From positions 50,098,001-50,162,000 of the forward strand of contig NC_086108.1 in the NCBI RefSeq assembly GCF_963921235.1: a DNA stretch of 64,000 bases. The letters run 5' to 3'. The position numbers and the translations under genes were made by a program. Shown one piece after another: positions 25,101 through 39,100 of this stretch. This DNA comes from Mobula hypostoma (Eukaryota). Each line of letters starts with the position of its first letter. The first letter of the stretch is position 1. The notes below the pieces were generated by a model. That model saw only the letters and a program-made list of their open reading frames with translations, was not told the DNA's origin and searched no databases.

Positions 25101-26592
25101 TAAACATTAAAAGAATCAAAGGAACTTGATGAATGTGTGTACATAGGGGTGTGGGGAAATAATATAAAGCGAAATGAGGCTGATGGGATTGATCTGTTAG
25201 GAACCAGAATGGAGCTGAAACACCAAGTGATCATCTTTTGTTTTGTTACAGTTGCACTCCACCCTTCATTGTTGAGTCTAAATCCTGGTTTTCCCTACCT
25301 AAAAATGCTATAGAAATAGCCTTACCACTGTAATAGTTCACTTTACCGGTACTTAAGGTAGTGTAATTAATGTTTTCCTTGCTAGCAACGCTTAGAGCAT
25401 TAAAAATGAGGGGTGTGGGTGGAGGAAAGAAAAATAATACTATAAATACTATTGCTTTTGGAACAGCCAGAGGCTAGGTATTCTGTGACTTGAGTCATCA
25501 TGTAATTTCCTGAACCTTTCCACTGCAACATGGCACATCTTCATAGTTGGTGAATAAAGCTCTTAATTATTACCTATACACCACTCTAAATGTTCACTGT
25601 CCCCACTTTTGAAACATCACAGATGTCATGATTATTGTCTAAAAACAGACCTCTTGTGAGGCCAGTTCCAAAAGCATTTCCCAAATCTGCAATCTCTACT
25701 ATCCAGAAAGAAAATGGTAACAGATGCATTAGAGTACTACTCCCTGCAGGTTCCTCTCCAAGATGCACAGGAATTGCACTTGGAAGTAAATCAACATTTA
25801 TTTAATGTCATGATCTTGGATATTCCTGTCTCAGTAACCCTCAAAGAGCTTCAATTTTGGAAGGTGGCTCATCATCAAGGCCAGTTGGATATGGCTAATA
25901 AATGCTTGCCTTACAGTTAATTTGCACATCCTATTAAGAAAAAAGAACTTTGAGTTGGTACCTCATTGCAGATGTCCATGACCATTTTTTTTTAATGCAG
26001 AGTAACCTTCAGGCAGCTTCCTTACATATCCTCAACTCATTCAGTACCTGTTCTGTTTGATCAATTTTGTGCAATTTCATTGAACTTTCATGTTCAGCAA
26101 TCTGTTAATCTTGTTAAATTTTGGATCTGCACATTGTGATTTTTAGTTATTTCAAATCACAAATATAATACACTTACTAATCCTGTTAATTGTTGCATGT
26201 TATTCCAGCCCCAACTCCATTTAAAAGATTTCATTGGCTTTAAATTTACTTCATTACAAAAGCAAAACTATTTCCATGTTTAGTTGGTTAAGGTTAAAAA
26301 CTATAGAACAACAGATGATGTAAAAACTATATTAAAGAGTACATTTAAATTCACCTACTAATTCTGTTCTTTACTTGTTAAATTCAGGCTTCAATACATT
26401 TAAATATTCTATTTTCCTCCAGTAATTCTGTGGGTGAAATCATGCATTATAAGATTCTTATACTTTTCCAGAGATCTTTGAAAATGAACGCATTTCCAGT
26501 ATTTCAAGGTCTAAGGCCAGATCTAAAACTGTTTATTTTTGATTCCCCTCTGAGTATGCTTTCTTCCTCTGTTGTTCTTCTTCTGCCTATAG

Positions 26593-26742
26593 GATGCCAA
26601 GAGCTCACCTCTGTTGCCTCCTGACTTGTTAAAAAGTATTGCTGACTTTGAGGAGGAGGAAGAGCTGGCTTTTTCCAAACCCCATGATTTCTACCAGGCC
26701 TTGGCTGGCCCTCTTGGCAGTTCTTCGGGGCGTGGTTTCTTT
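26593..26742 (+). CDS. SMG7: SMG7 150-nt symmetric exon: DAKSSPLLPPDLLKSIADFEEEEELAFSKP...GRGFF
   Basis: Long pyrimidine tract, ctatag|GAT, donor TTT|gtatgt. Phase 0-0. Matches SMG7 KSSPLLPPDLLKS..EEEEEL. Confidence 0.93.
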
Positions 26743-29295
26743 GTATGTACTTCTTTGATCTTCTGTTTTCTTTCTTGCATTTCTGTTCTGAGTAAGTGCA
26801 TATACTTGTTAGTATTGTAGTTATTCAAGCTACACTGGTCGTAAATTACTGTATTCTGACTCCTCTACTGTTTTTTTTATTAGAGGTAATATTCCATTCA
26901 AGTGAGGTTATGGGCAATAAACTTCAGGACACAATGCACATCATGGCATTGTGATTCAAGTCCCCACCACAACCCTGCACACTTATTTGCAGGAGTGTGT
27001 TCTTAAGATTGATGTCATCAAGAATTTGTTTCAACATTTAAACTGTTAAACTTGCCAATTGAGAGAAAAGGCCTGGTGAATCTCAAGGGAAGGAAGCCCA
27101 ACACCACCACAAAGTCAGAAATGTAAGACTTAAGATGAGAGGTTAACTGGAAAGGATAACAAGTGTACTTAGAACAAAAGGATAAGGAAGGAAATAGATT
27201 AATATTATAAAACAGATGCCAAGTAGTGCAGTTGTAAACAAAAAGTCAAGAAAGTAGAAGTCGATAACTATCACTATTTCGGAAATAATGTTGGGATGTG
27301 AATTGTTGTTAGCTGAATTACAGAACCAGTGTCGAGTCCATAGCTGTCCAACTTTCTTGTGGTATTTCTTTGTTGCACTCCTTTTATCCTGAAGGCCTAC
27401 TCAGTTGAATAAATACCTTTTTTAAAAAAATTTGGATTTTATTTTTAATTGTTGATGGTTAGGGCAACAGGAAATAAATTTATTTGTCAGTAAATGCCTT
27501 TAGTATTGCTATTATCATCTAGCATCACTAATCTTTATGCTTGTAATTTTTCACGTCTACTTCCCCTTTTATCCCTTATCCTAGCCTTTGCATCTCTCCT
27601 TTCTTGACAGCCAGTTCAATATCTTTATTAATTTCATTAGATACATGAGTAGATTGTTTCTCCAGCTTGGAGTTCCATTCATTTTTAGAAAATATCTTAA
27701 GAAAATTTGTACAAAAATGCTCTATTTTTCCTTTGGTTATATATATGTCTCTTCAATGAGAAGGAAATAAAGCATTATTCTGATTGCATATTTACTGTTT
27801 AAAATAAATATTTATCAGTTATACTACACTTTTCATAAATTTTGCTGAAATAAGTAATATATTTCAAATTTCTCTTTAGAATGTATATGAAGTTTTCATT
27901 AATCTTTGCTGAATTGTTAGTTTAATATTATCTCTATATGATATAAATCAGTTTACTGCTGTGAGATAATGCCATTATGCCATTGTGGATTGGTTTGCCA
28001 TTAAAATATTACTGCACATAGTATAAATATTAAATGTCAGTGGTGAGAATTGAGCAAGAGAATTCGTGATCAGCAAAATTGGCTCAATGTGTAAAGGTAG
28101 ATTAGAGAAACTGTATTTGAAGGAATTGTTTTCACTTTGAAAGTACGGAAGGTCATTGTAAAGCCTGCCATTTAAAATCTTATCCATTATGGTGTATCTA
28201 GCCTTCAAAATTGAAAATTTCACTCTTGGTAATAATGCTGCCTTTAGTACAGAATGAATACTGTTTTTGATTTCATCATTTTTCACTCCTGGTGATTACC
28301 CAGGATATGTAGGCTATTTACCCTCCCTAATACTTGCCACCATTTATATTCTACTCAAGCCCTCTCCCATATGGCCTCATTTAAATCTTATCACATAACC
28401 CTCTATTCCCTTCTCTCTCATGCTTATCTAGCTTGTCCTTTAATGTTTTCAACTCCGTGATATTCTCTTCTTTCTGTGATTAAACAAATTTCTCCAAAAT
28501 TTCCTATATTGTATTTCCTGATGATTATTTTGTAATCATGACCTGTAAGTATGTTGTTCCCTACAAATTGAACCATAGTTTTTGCATACACTCTATTAAA
28601 ATCCTTCTAAGACCTCAGTTAAATTAGAAGCAATTAACGATCTTTTGTTTTTCAAGCGAAGCAAAACCCAATCTGTTCATCCTTCCTTGATGTGTATAGT
28701 TTTGCATTTCTCATCTCACCTCTGTAAATCTCTGCACTTTCTCTAGTGCCTCTGCATCCTTTTTGAATATCTGTATGAACTATATGTGGTACTTTAAACA
28801 AAGGTTTTTAACTGATTTTGCATAACTTGTCATCTTCTCAATTCTGTCCCTCTTGAAATAAATCCTCGTGCTTGGTTGGTCTTTTTTTTAATGGCTTGGC
28901 TAATGTGAATTACATTCTATGGTTAATTCCAATATTCCTTTGTTGCTCTTGTATCTAGTCTCACATCTTCCAAGTAATGAGTGACCTCTGTCTTAACAAA
29001 ACATGTACATTGTCATGTGTTTACTGCTGAAATATCAAATTTATGACAGTTCTGTGTTTTACTCCATCTATAATCTTGAATATTCCATCATTTGCTTTCA
29101 TACCTGCCAGTGGAGAAATATACAGATGATGAGAAAGTAAGGGCAATGCATCTCCAGCTGTTCACATGTCTGCTCTAGAATTCAAAGAATGTCCACATGC
29201 AAAGCTCACTTTGTTGCACCTTTATATTACAAGAGACTACAATGGACACTCTTCCCCAACCACGAACCAAGTAATACTACAAACATAAAATGGTT

Positions 29296-29356
29296 ATGTA
29301 ATTAACTTCATTCATTATCAACACATATGTAACTAACTTCATTCATTATCAACACT
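29296..29356. repeat. About 31-bp tandem duplication
   Basis: atgtaa(t/c)taacttcattcattatcaacac occurs twice in tandem. Confidence 0.85.
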
Positions 29357-29511
29357 AACTTACAGATAGTGGTAGTCTTTGGTCTGCTTTTGCCCAAAGC
29401 CCAATCCTTTTGATCATTAGCTCTTGAGATATAGCTTAAGCTGCTAACTGATCAAAGCTTTGAGATGACTGTGTCCTCACCAGTGCTGCAGGCTTCCTAC
29501 TGCAGAACTTA

Positions 29512-29578
29512 TAGTACTGTGCAAAAGTATTGGGCACCTATACATAGTTGGCGTGCCTAAGACTTTTGCGCAGTACTG
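29512..29578. mobile_element. 67-bp Tc1/mariner-type mini-MITE (hairpin)
   Basis: TA-[t]agtactgtgcaaaagtattgggcac, 15-nt spacer, gtgcctaagacttttgcgcagtactg-TA. Confidence 0.7.
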
Positions 29579-29849
29579 TATTTGTCAATGTGGAGCAAAG
29601 AGCGTGTTTATAGATCTAGCGGAGAAAAGGATGTTGGGAATGGCGAGAGTGGAATGCTGTGGGAGGGGTGTGGAGCAGGTGCAGACACACCCAGCCTTGA
29701 GACACCAGGCAAGGTCACTTGATTCCAAACAGTTGGTTCATTGATCTCTTCGGTGTTTCCCAATTCCTCCCCTCTCCCTGCCTCCTTCAAGCTCTTACTC
29801 CACAATAGAGATTCGTATCAGAATCAGGTTTATACATGTCATGAAATTT

Positions 29850-31417
29850 GCAATTACCTAGTTTTTTGCATTAATTACTCATAAAATTTGGTCTGATCTT
29901 CATATAAGTCACAATAATAGACAAACATAATCTACCTAAACTAATAATACACAAACAATTGTACTTTTCATGCCTATATTAAACACATTGCTTAATCATC
30001 CGCAGTCCAGGCTGGAAAACGTTGTGAACCCTTGTATTTAATAATTGGTAGAACCTCCTTTAGCAACAATAACCTCCATCAAGTGTTTTCTGTAGCTGCT
30101 GATCAGACTAGCATAACAGCACGATACAAAATTATTTTTGTATCAATAAAAATATTGATACAATATTTTGTATCAATACAAAATTATTTCAGTTCATCAA
30201 TATTTCTGGGATATCTTGCATGAACAACCCTCTTCAGGTCATGCCACAGGGTATCTTTTTTAAAAATATCCCATTCTGTTGTTGATTTACACTTGTGTTT
30301 CAGATCATTGTCTTGTTGCATCATCCAACTTCTATTTAAGCTTCAGTTGATGGACTGCTACCCTGACATTCTCCTGTAAAATGTCTTGACACAATTTTGA
30401 ATTCATTGTTCCCTCAATGATTGCAAGCAGTCCAGGCCCAGAAGCAGCAAAGCGGCCCCAAACATGATGCCCCTTCCACCATGCTTCACAGTTGGGATGA
30501 GGTTTTGGTGTTGGTGTGTAGTGCCCTTTTCCCTCCAAACATAATGGTGTGCATTTCTGCCAAAAATTCAACTTCTGTCTCATCTGTCTATAGAACATTA
30601 CCCAGAAGTGCTATGGAACATATAGGTGATCTTTCACAAACTTGAGATGTGCAGCAATTTTTTTTGTTTTGGAGAGCAGTGGTTTCCACTTTGGTGTCCT
30701 CTTACTATGGACTAATGAACAATCAGGCCTTTAGAAATTGTTTTGTAGCCTTTTCCAGCTTCCTGCAACTCTACAATTCTTGTAAGGTTCTCTGGAAGTT
30801 GTTTTGATCGAGGCATGGTGCTCTTTTGAGAAGAGCAGGCTCTGGCCGTAATTTGACTTTGTGTGTCCTTTTTATAGCGTAAGGCACCTCTACAACCCAC
30901 ACCTCCAATCTCATCTCGTTGATTGATGAGGTGATGAGGTCATTGGTGATATGGTTAAAATAAGTTGTAGGGGGAATGGGAGCCAGAATGACAGAATAGT
31001 GATATTCCAGGTAGTGGAGAGGGTGAATTGAATTGAGTTGACTATATTACATACATCCTTCACATACATGAGGAGTAGAAATCTTTACATCTCAAAAAAA
31101 AGGGCCGGCTGGTGGCGCAATGATTTCAATGCCGGACTCCGGAACGAAGGTTCCAGGGTTCGAACCCAGTCGGGTCCACTCCCGAGTACGCTTTCCATCC
31201 ATGCCGGGTTGAGTGTCCAGATCGCAACTTGACCTCGTAAGTATGATTGGAACACCTGTCTCCAAATAGCTTTTGTTCAAGGCATTACCCCAGAGGGTCA
31301 CATACTTTTTGAACCTAAACTGTCATTGTTTAAATGATGTATTCAGTATTGATGAGAAGTACAATTGTTCGTGTGTTATTAGTTTAAGCAGATTGTGTTT
31401 ATTATTGTGACTTAGAT
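29850..31417 (-). mobile_element. Decayed, deleted Tc1 transposon (same family as 60265-62085)
   Basis: TIR remnants (aagtcacaataatagac / attattgtgacttag). Transposase pieces MPRSKQL..RIVELQEAGKGYKTISK and VWG.FAASGPG.L.IIEGTMNS. Confidence 0.85.
31101..31240 (+). mobile_element. tRNA-derived SINE head inserted in the Tc1 copy
   Basis: Box A-like tggtggcgcaatg and box B gggttcgaaccc in a CpG-rich 140-nt stretch. Confidence 0.6.
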
Positions 31418-34400
31418 ACAGGCCTTTCAGCACATTTGGTCATTTGCACAAACCATTAATCTGCTTAATCCTATCAACCTGTACTAGATAATACCTGTAC
31501 ATACTCCTCTCATCTATGTATCTAAATTTATCTTAAATGTTGAAATCAACCCCACATGCACCACTTCAGCTGGCAGCTCATTCCACACTTTCACCATCCT
31601 CTGAGTGAAGCAGTTCCCCCTCATGTTCCCCTTAAACATTTCACCTTTCACCCTTAACCTACGACCTGTAGTTGTAGTCTCACCCAACTTCAGTGGGGAA
31701 AAAGCCTGCTTGCATTTACCCTATCTATACCGCTCAAATCTTCCTTCAAATCTTATATGTTCTAGAGACTAAATTCCTAACCTACTGAACCTTTCCCTAT
31801 AATTCAGGTAACATTCTTGTAAATTTTCTCTATACTCTTTAATCTTATTTACATTCTTCCTGTAGGTAGGTGACCAAAACTCACCAACGCCTTACACAAT
31901 TCGGCATAACATCTCAATTCCTGTATTCAGTGTATTGATTTATGGAGGCCATAGTGCCAAAGGCCTTCTTTACGACTCTATCTACCTTGACATCACTTTC
32001 AAGGAATTATGGATCTGTATTCCTAAACCCCTCTATTATACAACATTTTTCAGAGCCCTACCATTCAATGTGCAAGGCCTACCCTGGGTGGTCCTCCCAA
32101 AGTGCAACATCTCACACTTGTCTTTATTAAATTCCATGTGCCATTTTTTTTTTAGCCCATTTTTCCAGTTGGTCCAGATCCCGCTGCAAGCTTTGATTGT
32201 CTTCCTCACTATCCACACAGTCTTGGTTTTAACCACAAATTTGCTGATCCAGTTTATCACATTATCATCCAGATTGTTGATATAGATAACAAACAACAAC
32301 GGACCCAGCACCAATCCCTATGACACACCACTAGTCACAGGCTTCCAGTCTATACTGGAATGGGAGGCAACCATCTATAACCACTCTTTGGCTTCTTCCA
32401 TGAAGCCAATGTCTGATCCAGTTTGCTCCTTCATCTTGAATGCCAAGCAACTGAACCTCCTTGACCACCTCCCATGCAGGATCTTGTCAAAGGCCTTTCT
32501 AAAGTCTATATAGACAACATCTACTGCCTTGCCTTCATCAACTTTCTTGGTAACTGCTAGGAACCCTGCAATTTCTGCACTAACCTCCCACAAGATCCGA
32601 GGAAACACCTTCTCCTCTGTAACCTGTATAGGGTCCATGACCTCACTGCTGCATTTTCTCATATTTATAGACTCTTTGTTCATCTCCTGAGTCAATACAG
32701 ATGCAAAATTCCATTTAAAGTCTCTCCCTCCTTTCTTTCGGTTTCACACACACATTACCACACTGATCTTCCAGGAGATATATTTTGTTTACCATCCTTT
32801 TGCTCATATAACTAAAAATTCAAAAGTTCATTTATTATCAATGCATGTATCCATATGCAACTCTGAAATTCTTTTTCTCTTAACATATCTGCTCTTAATA
32901 TATCTTAAAAGACCTTAGGATCTCTTTTCACCTTGTCTTCTCGAGCAATCTCATGTCTTTCTTTTAGCCCTCCTGATTTCCTCCTTAAATCCCTTTTTGC
33001 ATTTCTTATATTCTTCAAGTACTTCATTTGTTCCTGCCTGCCTGTACCTGCTATGCACACTTCCTTTTTCTTAACCAGGGCCTCAATATCTCTTGAAAAC
33101 CAAGGCTCCATTAACCTGTTATCCTTGTCTTTTTAATTGTGACAGGAATATACAAACTCTTGAAGGCCTCCCATTTACCAAGTATACCTTTGCTAGAAAA
33201 CAACCTATTCCAGATTAAGGAACCTTTCCTGAACATATTTGAACCCTTTTCCATCCAGCCCTATTACAGTTTGGGAGTCCCAGTCCAGTCAATCTGTGGA
33301 AAGTCAAAATAATTTACTCTCTAACACCCTTATTTATTGCAACAGTCTGTGATCTCTCTACAAATTTGTGCCCCTAAATCCTGTGGACTGTTGGGTGTAT
33401 ATAATATAATCCCATTAACATGGTCTTTCTTATTCCTCAGTTCTACCCATAAAGCCTCACTAGACGATCTTTCCAGTCTGTTCTGACTGAGCACTGCCGT
33501 GACATTTTCTCTGACTAGTAACACCATCCCTCCTCCTTTAATCCCTCCCGTTCTATCACAACTAAAACAATAGGACCCCAGACATTGAGCTGGCGGTCTT
33601 GCCTCACCTGCAACCAAGTCTCACTAATGACTACATTCTCATAATTCCACATGCTGATCCATGCCCTAAGGTCATCCACCTTTCCTGCAAAATTCCTTCA
33701 TTGAAATATACGCAGATCAAAACACTAGACCCACAATGCACAGCCTTTTGATCTCTGACCTTGTACGTAGGCTTAGCAACATCTTTCGCCGTAACCACTC
33801 CACTATCTGTTCTAGCACACTGGTTCCCATTCCCTGCAACTTCAGTTAAACCCCACCCCGTGCAGTACTAGCAAAACTTTCTTTTTTTTAATTAATTTTT
33901 TTATGTTTCTACAATGCAACAACAAAAATAAAAAAAGAGGTTTATACAGTGCAAAACAAAAGTATCAAATGTACAGTTCATAACAGTTAAGGAAAAGCAC
34001 CCATTGTAGAATCATATAAAGTTAGTTACCACTCCACCCTCCCACTAGCCAACTCCAAACCAACCTTACAATATATAGAAAAGTTGATCAGAAGAACTTC
34101 TTTATAAAAAGGAAGTATATTGCCTACTACTTGAGCTATAATGTGTTTACACATCAAAAAAAACCGTAAGTCTTAACCGAAAGAAGCTGGAAGTAAGGGA
34201 TTTAAATGCAAAAGGAAAAAAGGAGGGATAAACCCTTAATCTAAATGGGAATTATGAAATTATTCAAGAAAAGGTCCCCACACCTTTTGGAACTTTATGT
34301 CCGAATTAAGAAGTGAATAATGAATCTTTTCAAGGTCTAAGCAACACATAATGTCTCTGAGCCATTGAGCATGAGTGGGTGGGGCAACATCTCTCCACTT

Positions 34401-35705
34401 AAGAAAGACTGCACGTCTGGCCAAAAGAGAAGCAAAAGACAATGTACTACGTTTGGTCGGACTCAACTTCTCCCGAGCTGCCAAAAAGAACAGTCAGAGG
34501 GTTAGGATCCAAATAGTAGTTAAGTATATGGGATAAAGTTTAAAAAAAAATCCCTCCAGAATTTCTCCAAGCTAGGACAAGTCCAGTACAAATGAATAAG
34601 TGAAGCCTCGCCCCATTTACACTTGTCGCAACAGGGATTAATATTAGGATAGAACCGCGATAATTTAGTTTTAGAGACAATGAGCTCTGTGTACAATCTT
34701 GAACTGTGAAAGGCAGTGGCGAGCACATAAAGAAGTTGAATTAACTGACTTGAGAATTGAATCCCATGCCTCGTCGGACAGAGGAAAAATTTAAATCATG
34801 CTCCCATGATGAGTGTTGGGTAGATTGAACTTTACAGACAGCTGTTCAAAAGTTGCAAAGCGATTGTCTATGAAAAGATTTTCAAAGCACCTAATACCCT
34901 TTCTGTGCCAGTCTTGAAATGTGAAATCCTGCGTAGAAGGCTGAAAAAGACGATTATGTAGACTAGGACTAGCGAGAGAGAAACCGTGAAGACCATTATA
35001 TCTCCTGAACTGAGCCCATGTTCTCAGAGTGTGTCTGATAACAGGATTAACAATTGATTTAGACAGATGGCAAGAAAGTGGGGATCCAAGAAGTGTGGGA
35101 ATGGAGCGATTTTTATAAGCGTTCAACTCCATTGCCAGCCATATTGGGCAGTTAGACTGAGTATAAAAGTAAGGCCAAAAGATAAGACAACGTGTGTTGG
35201 CTGCCCAGTAATATAAATGAAAATTGGGCAAGGCCATACCTCCTACCCTTTTAGGTTTTTGAAGGTGAGCTTTATTTAGTCTGGGACGTCTGCCCTTCCA
35301 TAGATAATAATAGAAATAATAGAATCTAACGAAATTTTTTAAAGAAAAGCTTTAGAAATAAAAATTCGTAAAGATTGAAATAAGTATAAAAACTTAGGAA
35401 GGGTATACATTTTAACAACATTAGTTTAACCTATTGGAGACATAGACAGGATGACCACTGTACTAGATTCTGTTTTGTATGGTTTAAAAGATTAGTGAAA
35501 TTTTCTCCAAAAAGACGCTTATAATTCCTTGTTACTGTAATGCCAAGGTAAGTAAATTGATTATTTACTACTTTAAAAGGGAGGTTATGAAATTCTAATA
35601 TTTGTGCTTCTCTGTTTATTGGAGAGAGTTTGCTCTTATGTAGATTAAGTTTGTATCCGGAAAGCTGGCTAAATTTGTTAAGGTGTGAAAACATTGGGGA
35701 TAAGG

Positions 35706-36150
35706 TAGCCTCCAACCTGATGGCATGAACATCGACTTCTCTAACTTCCGCTAAGGCCCCACCTCCCCCTCGTACCCCATCTGTTACTCATTTTTATGCA
35801 CACATTCTTTCTCTCACTCTCCTTTTTCTCCCTCTGTCCCTCTGAATATACCTCTTGCCCATCCTCTGGGTCACCCCCCCCCCCCCGTCTTTCTTCCCGG
35901 ACCTCCTGTCCCATGATCCTCTCGTATCCCCTTTTGCTTATCACCTGTCCAGCTCTTGGCTCTATCCCTCCCCATCCTGTCTTCTGCTATCATTTTGGAT
36001 CTCCCCCTCCCCCTCCAGCTTTCAAATCCCTTACTCACTCTTCCTTCAGTTAGTCCTGACGAAGGGTCTCGGCCTGAAACGTCGACTGCACCTCTTCCTA
36101 CAGATGCTGCTTGGCCTGCTGCGTTCACCAGCAACTTTGATGTATGTTGC
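35706..36150 (+). mobile_element. PLE pseudo-LTR fragment inserted in L1 ORF2
   Basis: Near-identical to 15155-15599. 10-bp TSD ggggataagg at 35696-35705 and 36151-36160. Confidence 0.92.
36051..36088 (+). ncRNA. Minimal type I hammerhead ribozyme motif (intact core)
   Basis: tagtc CTGACGA a gggt ctcg gcct GAAAC GTC gactg. Confidence 0.78.
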
Positions 36151-39100
36151 GGGGATAAGGAGGTAGTCGGATTTGATATTAAAAAGTAAAAGATCATTAG
36201 CATAAAAAGAGACTTTGTGCTCAACAACCCCCACCCACCCCCGTCAATTCAGCACAGCTACGAAACGCAATCGCCAGTGGCTCTATGGCCAGATCAAAAA
36301 GTAAGGGACTTAAAGGGCACCCTTGCCGGGTGCCGCATTTAAGGTTGAAAGGCTGGAATTGCTGAGAGTTGGTCAAGACAGAAGCAGTAGGGTGTGAATA
36401 TAACAATTTAATTCATGTAATAAAACTTCGTCCAAAATCAAATTTTTCTAAAAGCACAAAAAGGTAATACCACTGCACACGATCAAACGCTTTCTCTGCG
36501 TCTAAAGAAATGACACATTTGGGAATCCCAGCTGAAAGTGAGTATAAGGTATTAAATAGACGCCGTATATTTAAAAAAAAAGGGAGACAATTTTTAATAA
36601 AACCAGTTTGGTCTTCAGAAATAATTAAGGATAGAATGTTCTCCAATCAGCGGGCCAAAACTTTAGCCAAAATTTTAACATCAACATTTAGCAAAGAGAT
36701 TGGTCTATAGGAAGAACACTCTGATGGATCTTTGCCTTTTTTTGCTAAAAGAGTGATACATGCCTCATTAAATGATGCTGGCAACTTACTTTGTTTAAAC
36801 GAATCAGATAAAACTAAAATTAGTTAAGGCGAAAGCAGTGAGGAAAATGATTTATAGATTTCTACAGAGAACCCATCAGGTCCAGGAGATTTACCAGACT
36901 GCGATACTGAAATAGCTGGGGATATTTCCTCTAATGATAATGGCTCATTCAATTTTGCTTTGAGATCAGGAGAAAGCGTAGGAATATTTAAACTATTTTA
37001 AAAAATGCTCGACAGAGATAATATCATTTAAAGATTCAGAAGTATAGAGTCGAGAATAGTAATTCTTGAATGTGTCATTAATTTCAGAATGATTCAAAGT
37101 AATGTTCCCATTTCCCATTCGATTTTTTGTAATATGTTGTTTAGCTTTAGAGCGTCTTAGTTGGTTAACTAAAAATTTACCGGATTTATCACCATGGATA
37201 TAAAACCAGCTCTTACTTTCCAAAAGTTGGCGTTCAATTGGGTGAGTGGAAATAAGGTTAAACTCAGGTTGAAGTTCCACTCGTTTCTTATACAACTCAG
37301 GATTTTTGGTCTGGGCATATAGTTGGTCTGTTGCTTTAATTTGATTGACCAGATCTAATCGCTCTTTATGGGTCTTCCTTTTCAAATTCACAGTATTGAA
37401 ATTATTTGACCCCTTAGGTATGCTTTCATAGTGTCCCAAACAACCTGATTTGAGGTTTCAGATGACGTGTTAATTTTTTTTAAAAACGTTATCTGGTCCT
37501 CCATAAATTTTACAAAATTATTATCTGACGACAGGGTCAGATTAAAACGCCAATGCTTATTCTTTTGGGGGAACCAGGAAGAATTATAGACGGTGACTGG
37601 GGTGTGATCTGAAATCAATATACCCTGATAGTCACAAGAGCAAACAGATGGAATCAGCTGATTATCAATTAGAAAATAATCAATTCTAGTAAAAGTGTGA
37701 TGGTCATGTGAAAAAAAAGTAATCGCTCTCATTTGGATGGAGAAAACGCTGTACATTGGAGATACTGTAATTGGAAAGGAAAGACTGAACTGGTAGTCTA
37801 GGAATAGAGGACGATCGATCCGAAACTGGATCTAACCAACAATTAAAATCACTGCCCAATATGAGAGAATACGAACTCATCTCAGGCAATAAAGAGAAAA
37901 AAACTAGCAAAAAACTCCACATCATCCAAATTGGGAGCGTCTAAGTTAGCCAGTGTGTTATATAATTTCCCCGAGACAATAATAAATTGACTGTTTGTAT
38001 CAGATACCTTGTTATGAAGCTCAAAGGGAACATTTTGATTTATAAGATTTGGGACTCCCCTAGCTTTAGCCTGAAAAGTAGAATGGAAGTGCTGCTCCAC
38101 CCATCTCGACATGAGACGAGAGTTATCAGAACTGCGAATGTGTGTTTTTTGCTAAAAAGCAATTGCTACATTAAGCTGTTTAAGATGTGAAAACACCTTC
38201 CTTCTTTTAACAGGATGGTTCAATCCCTTAACATTCTGACTTACAAAACTCAACAGACTAATCATTGTCCTTTTTTAAAAAAAGAATGAGGATAGTAGGC
38301 AAAAGCATTGTCAGAAATTCGAGTAACAGCTCTGGGGCAAAAGTATAAAACAAGAAAAACAGGACAGAAATACGTCCTGAATAATACAAATATCTAAAGG
38401 TTCTATGAATAATATTGACATTAGAGTTCCCTCCACCCCACACACACCCCACGGCAAGGGAGCTACCGAAAAGCAACAGCAAGCTCTTCAAAAAAAAAGT
38501 CACCCCATAACCCAACTTCCTGTCTCTTAACATCGTCATCAGCTCCATCTTGTCTCAATTACAAACCAGAAAACTTTTAGCACTACAAACTAAAGTTATA
38601 CATAGTGAAAAGAAAAACAATTCCACCAAAATTTAAGCGTAACTCAAGGTAATAATCCAAAAAAAAGATGTGAACTAGTATTTTAGAAAAAAATAAACAA
38701 GTAAATGGACTTTACCCAGTGACCTACCTGCAAGAAAGTATGAAAAAAAATTTACTGACTTAAGAAAGAAAGATCGGGGGAAAAATAAGCGGGGAGAAAA
38801 AGTACTTCACCACCAGTATGAGTAATCGAACTGAATGTGAGGGACTCGAAGTAACAGGGAGGCTTTCGATAAATTTCTGGGCTTCTGTAGCCGAGTTAAA
38901 CCACTTTTTGCCTCCACTAGTAAGAGATAATCTGAGGCGAGCTGGAAATCAAAGGGAAGGCCTGAATCTGCAATTATATAGTTCTTTCATGACTCCTTTA
39001 TACTCTGCTCACAGACTCAGAACTTGGGGAGCATAGTCCTTGACAACACAAATTAATTTCCCCTTGTATTCCAACATCCCTCTCCAACGGGCTTCTTTAG

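Noticed and set aside
31101..31180. Possible tRNA gene
   Set aside because: Box A and B are present, but I could not fold a full cloverleaf or find a terminator, and the sequence continues as a SINE-like body inside a Tc1 copy.
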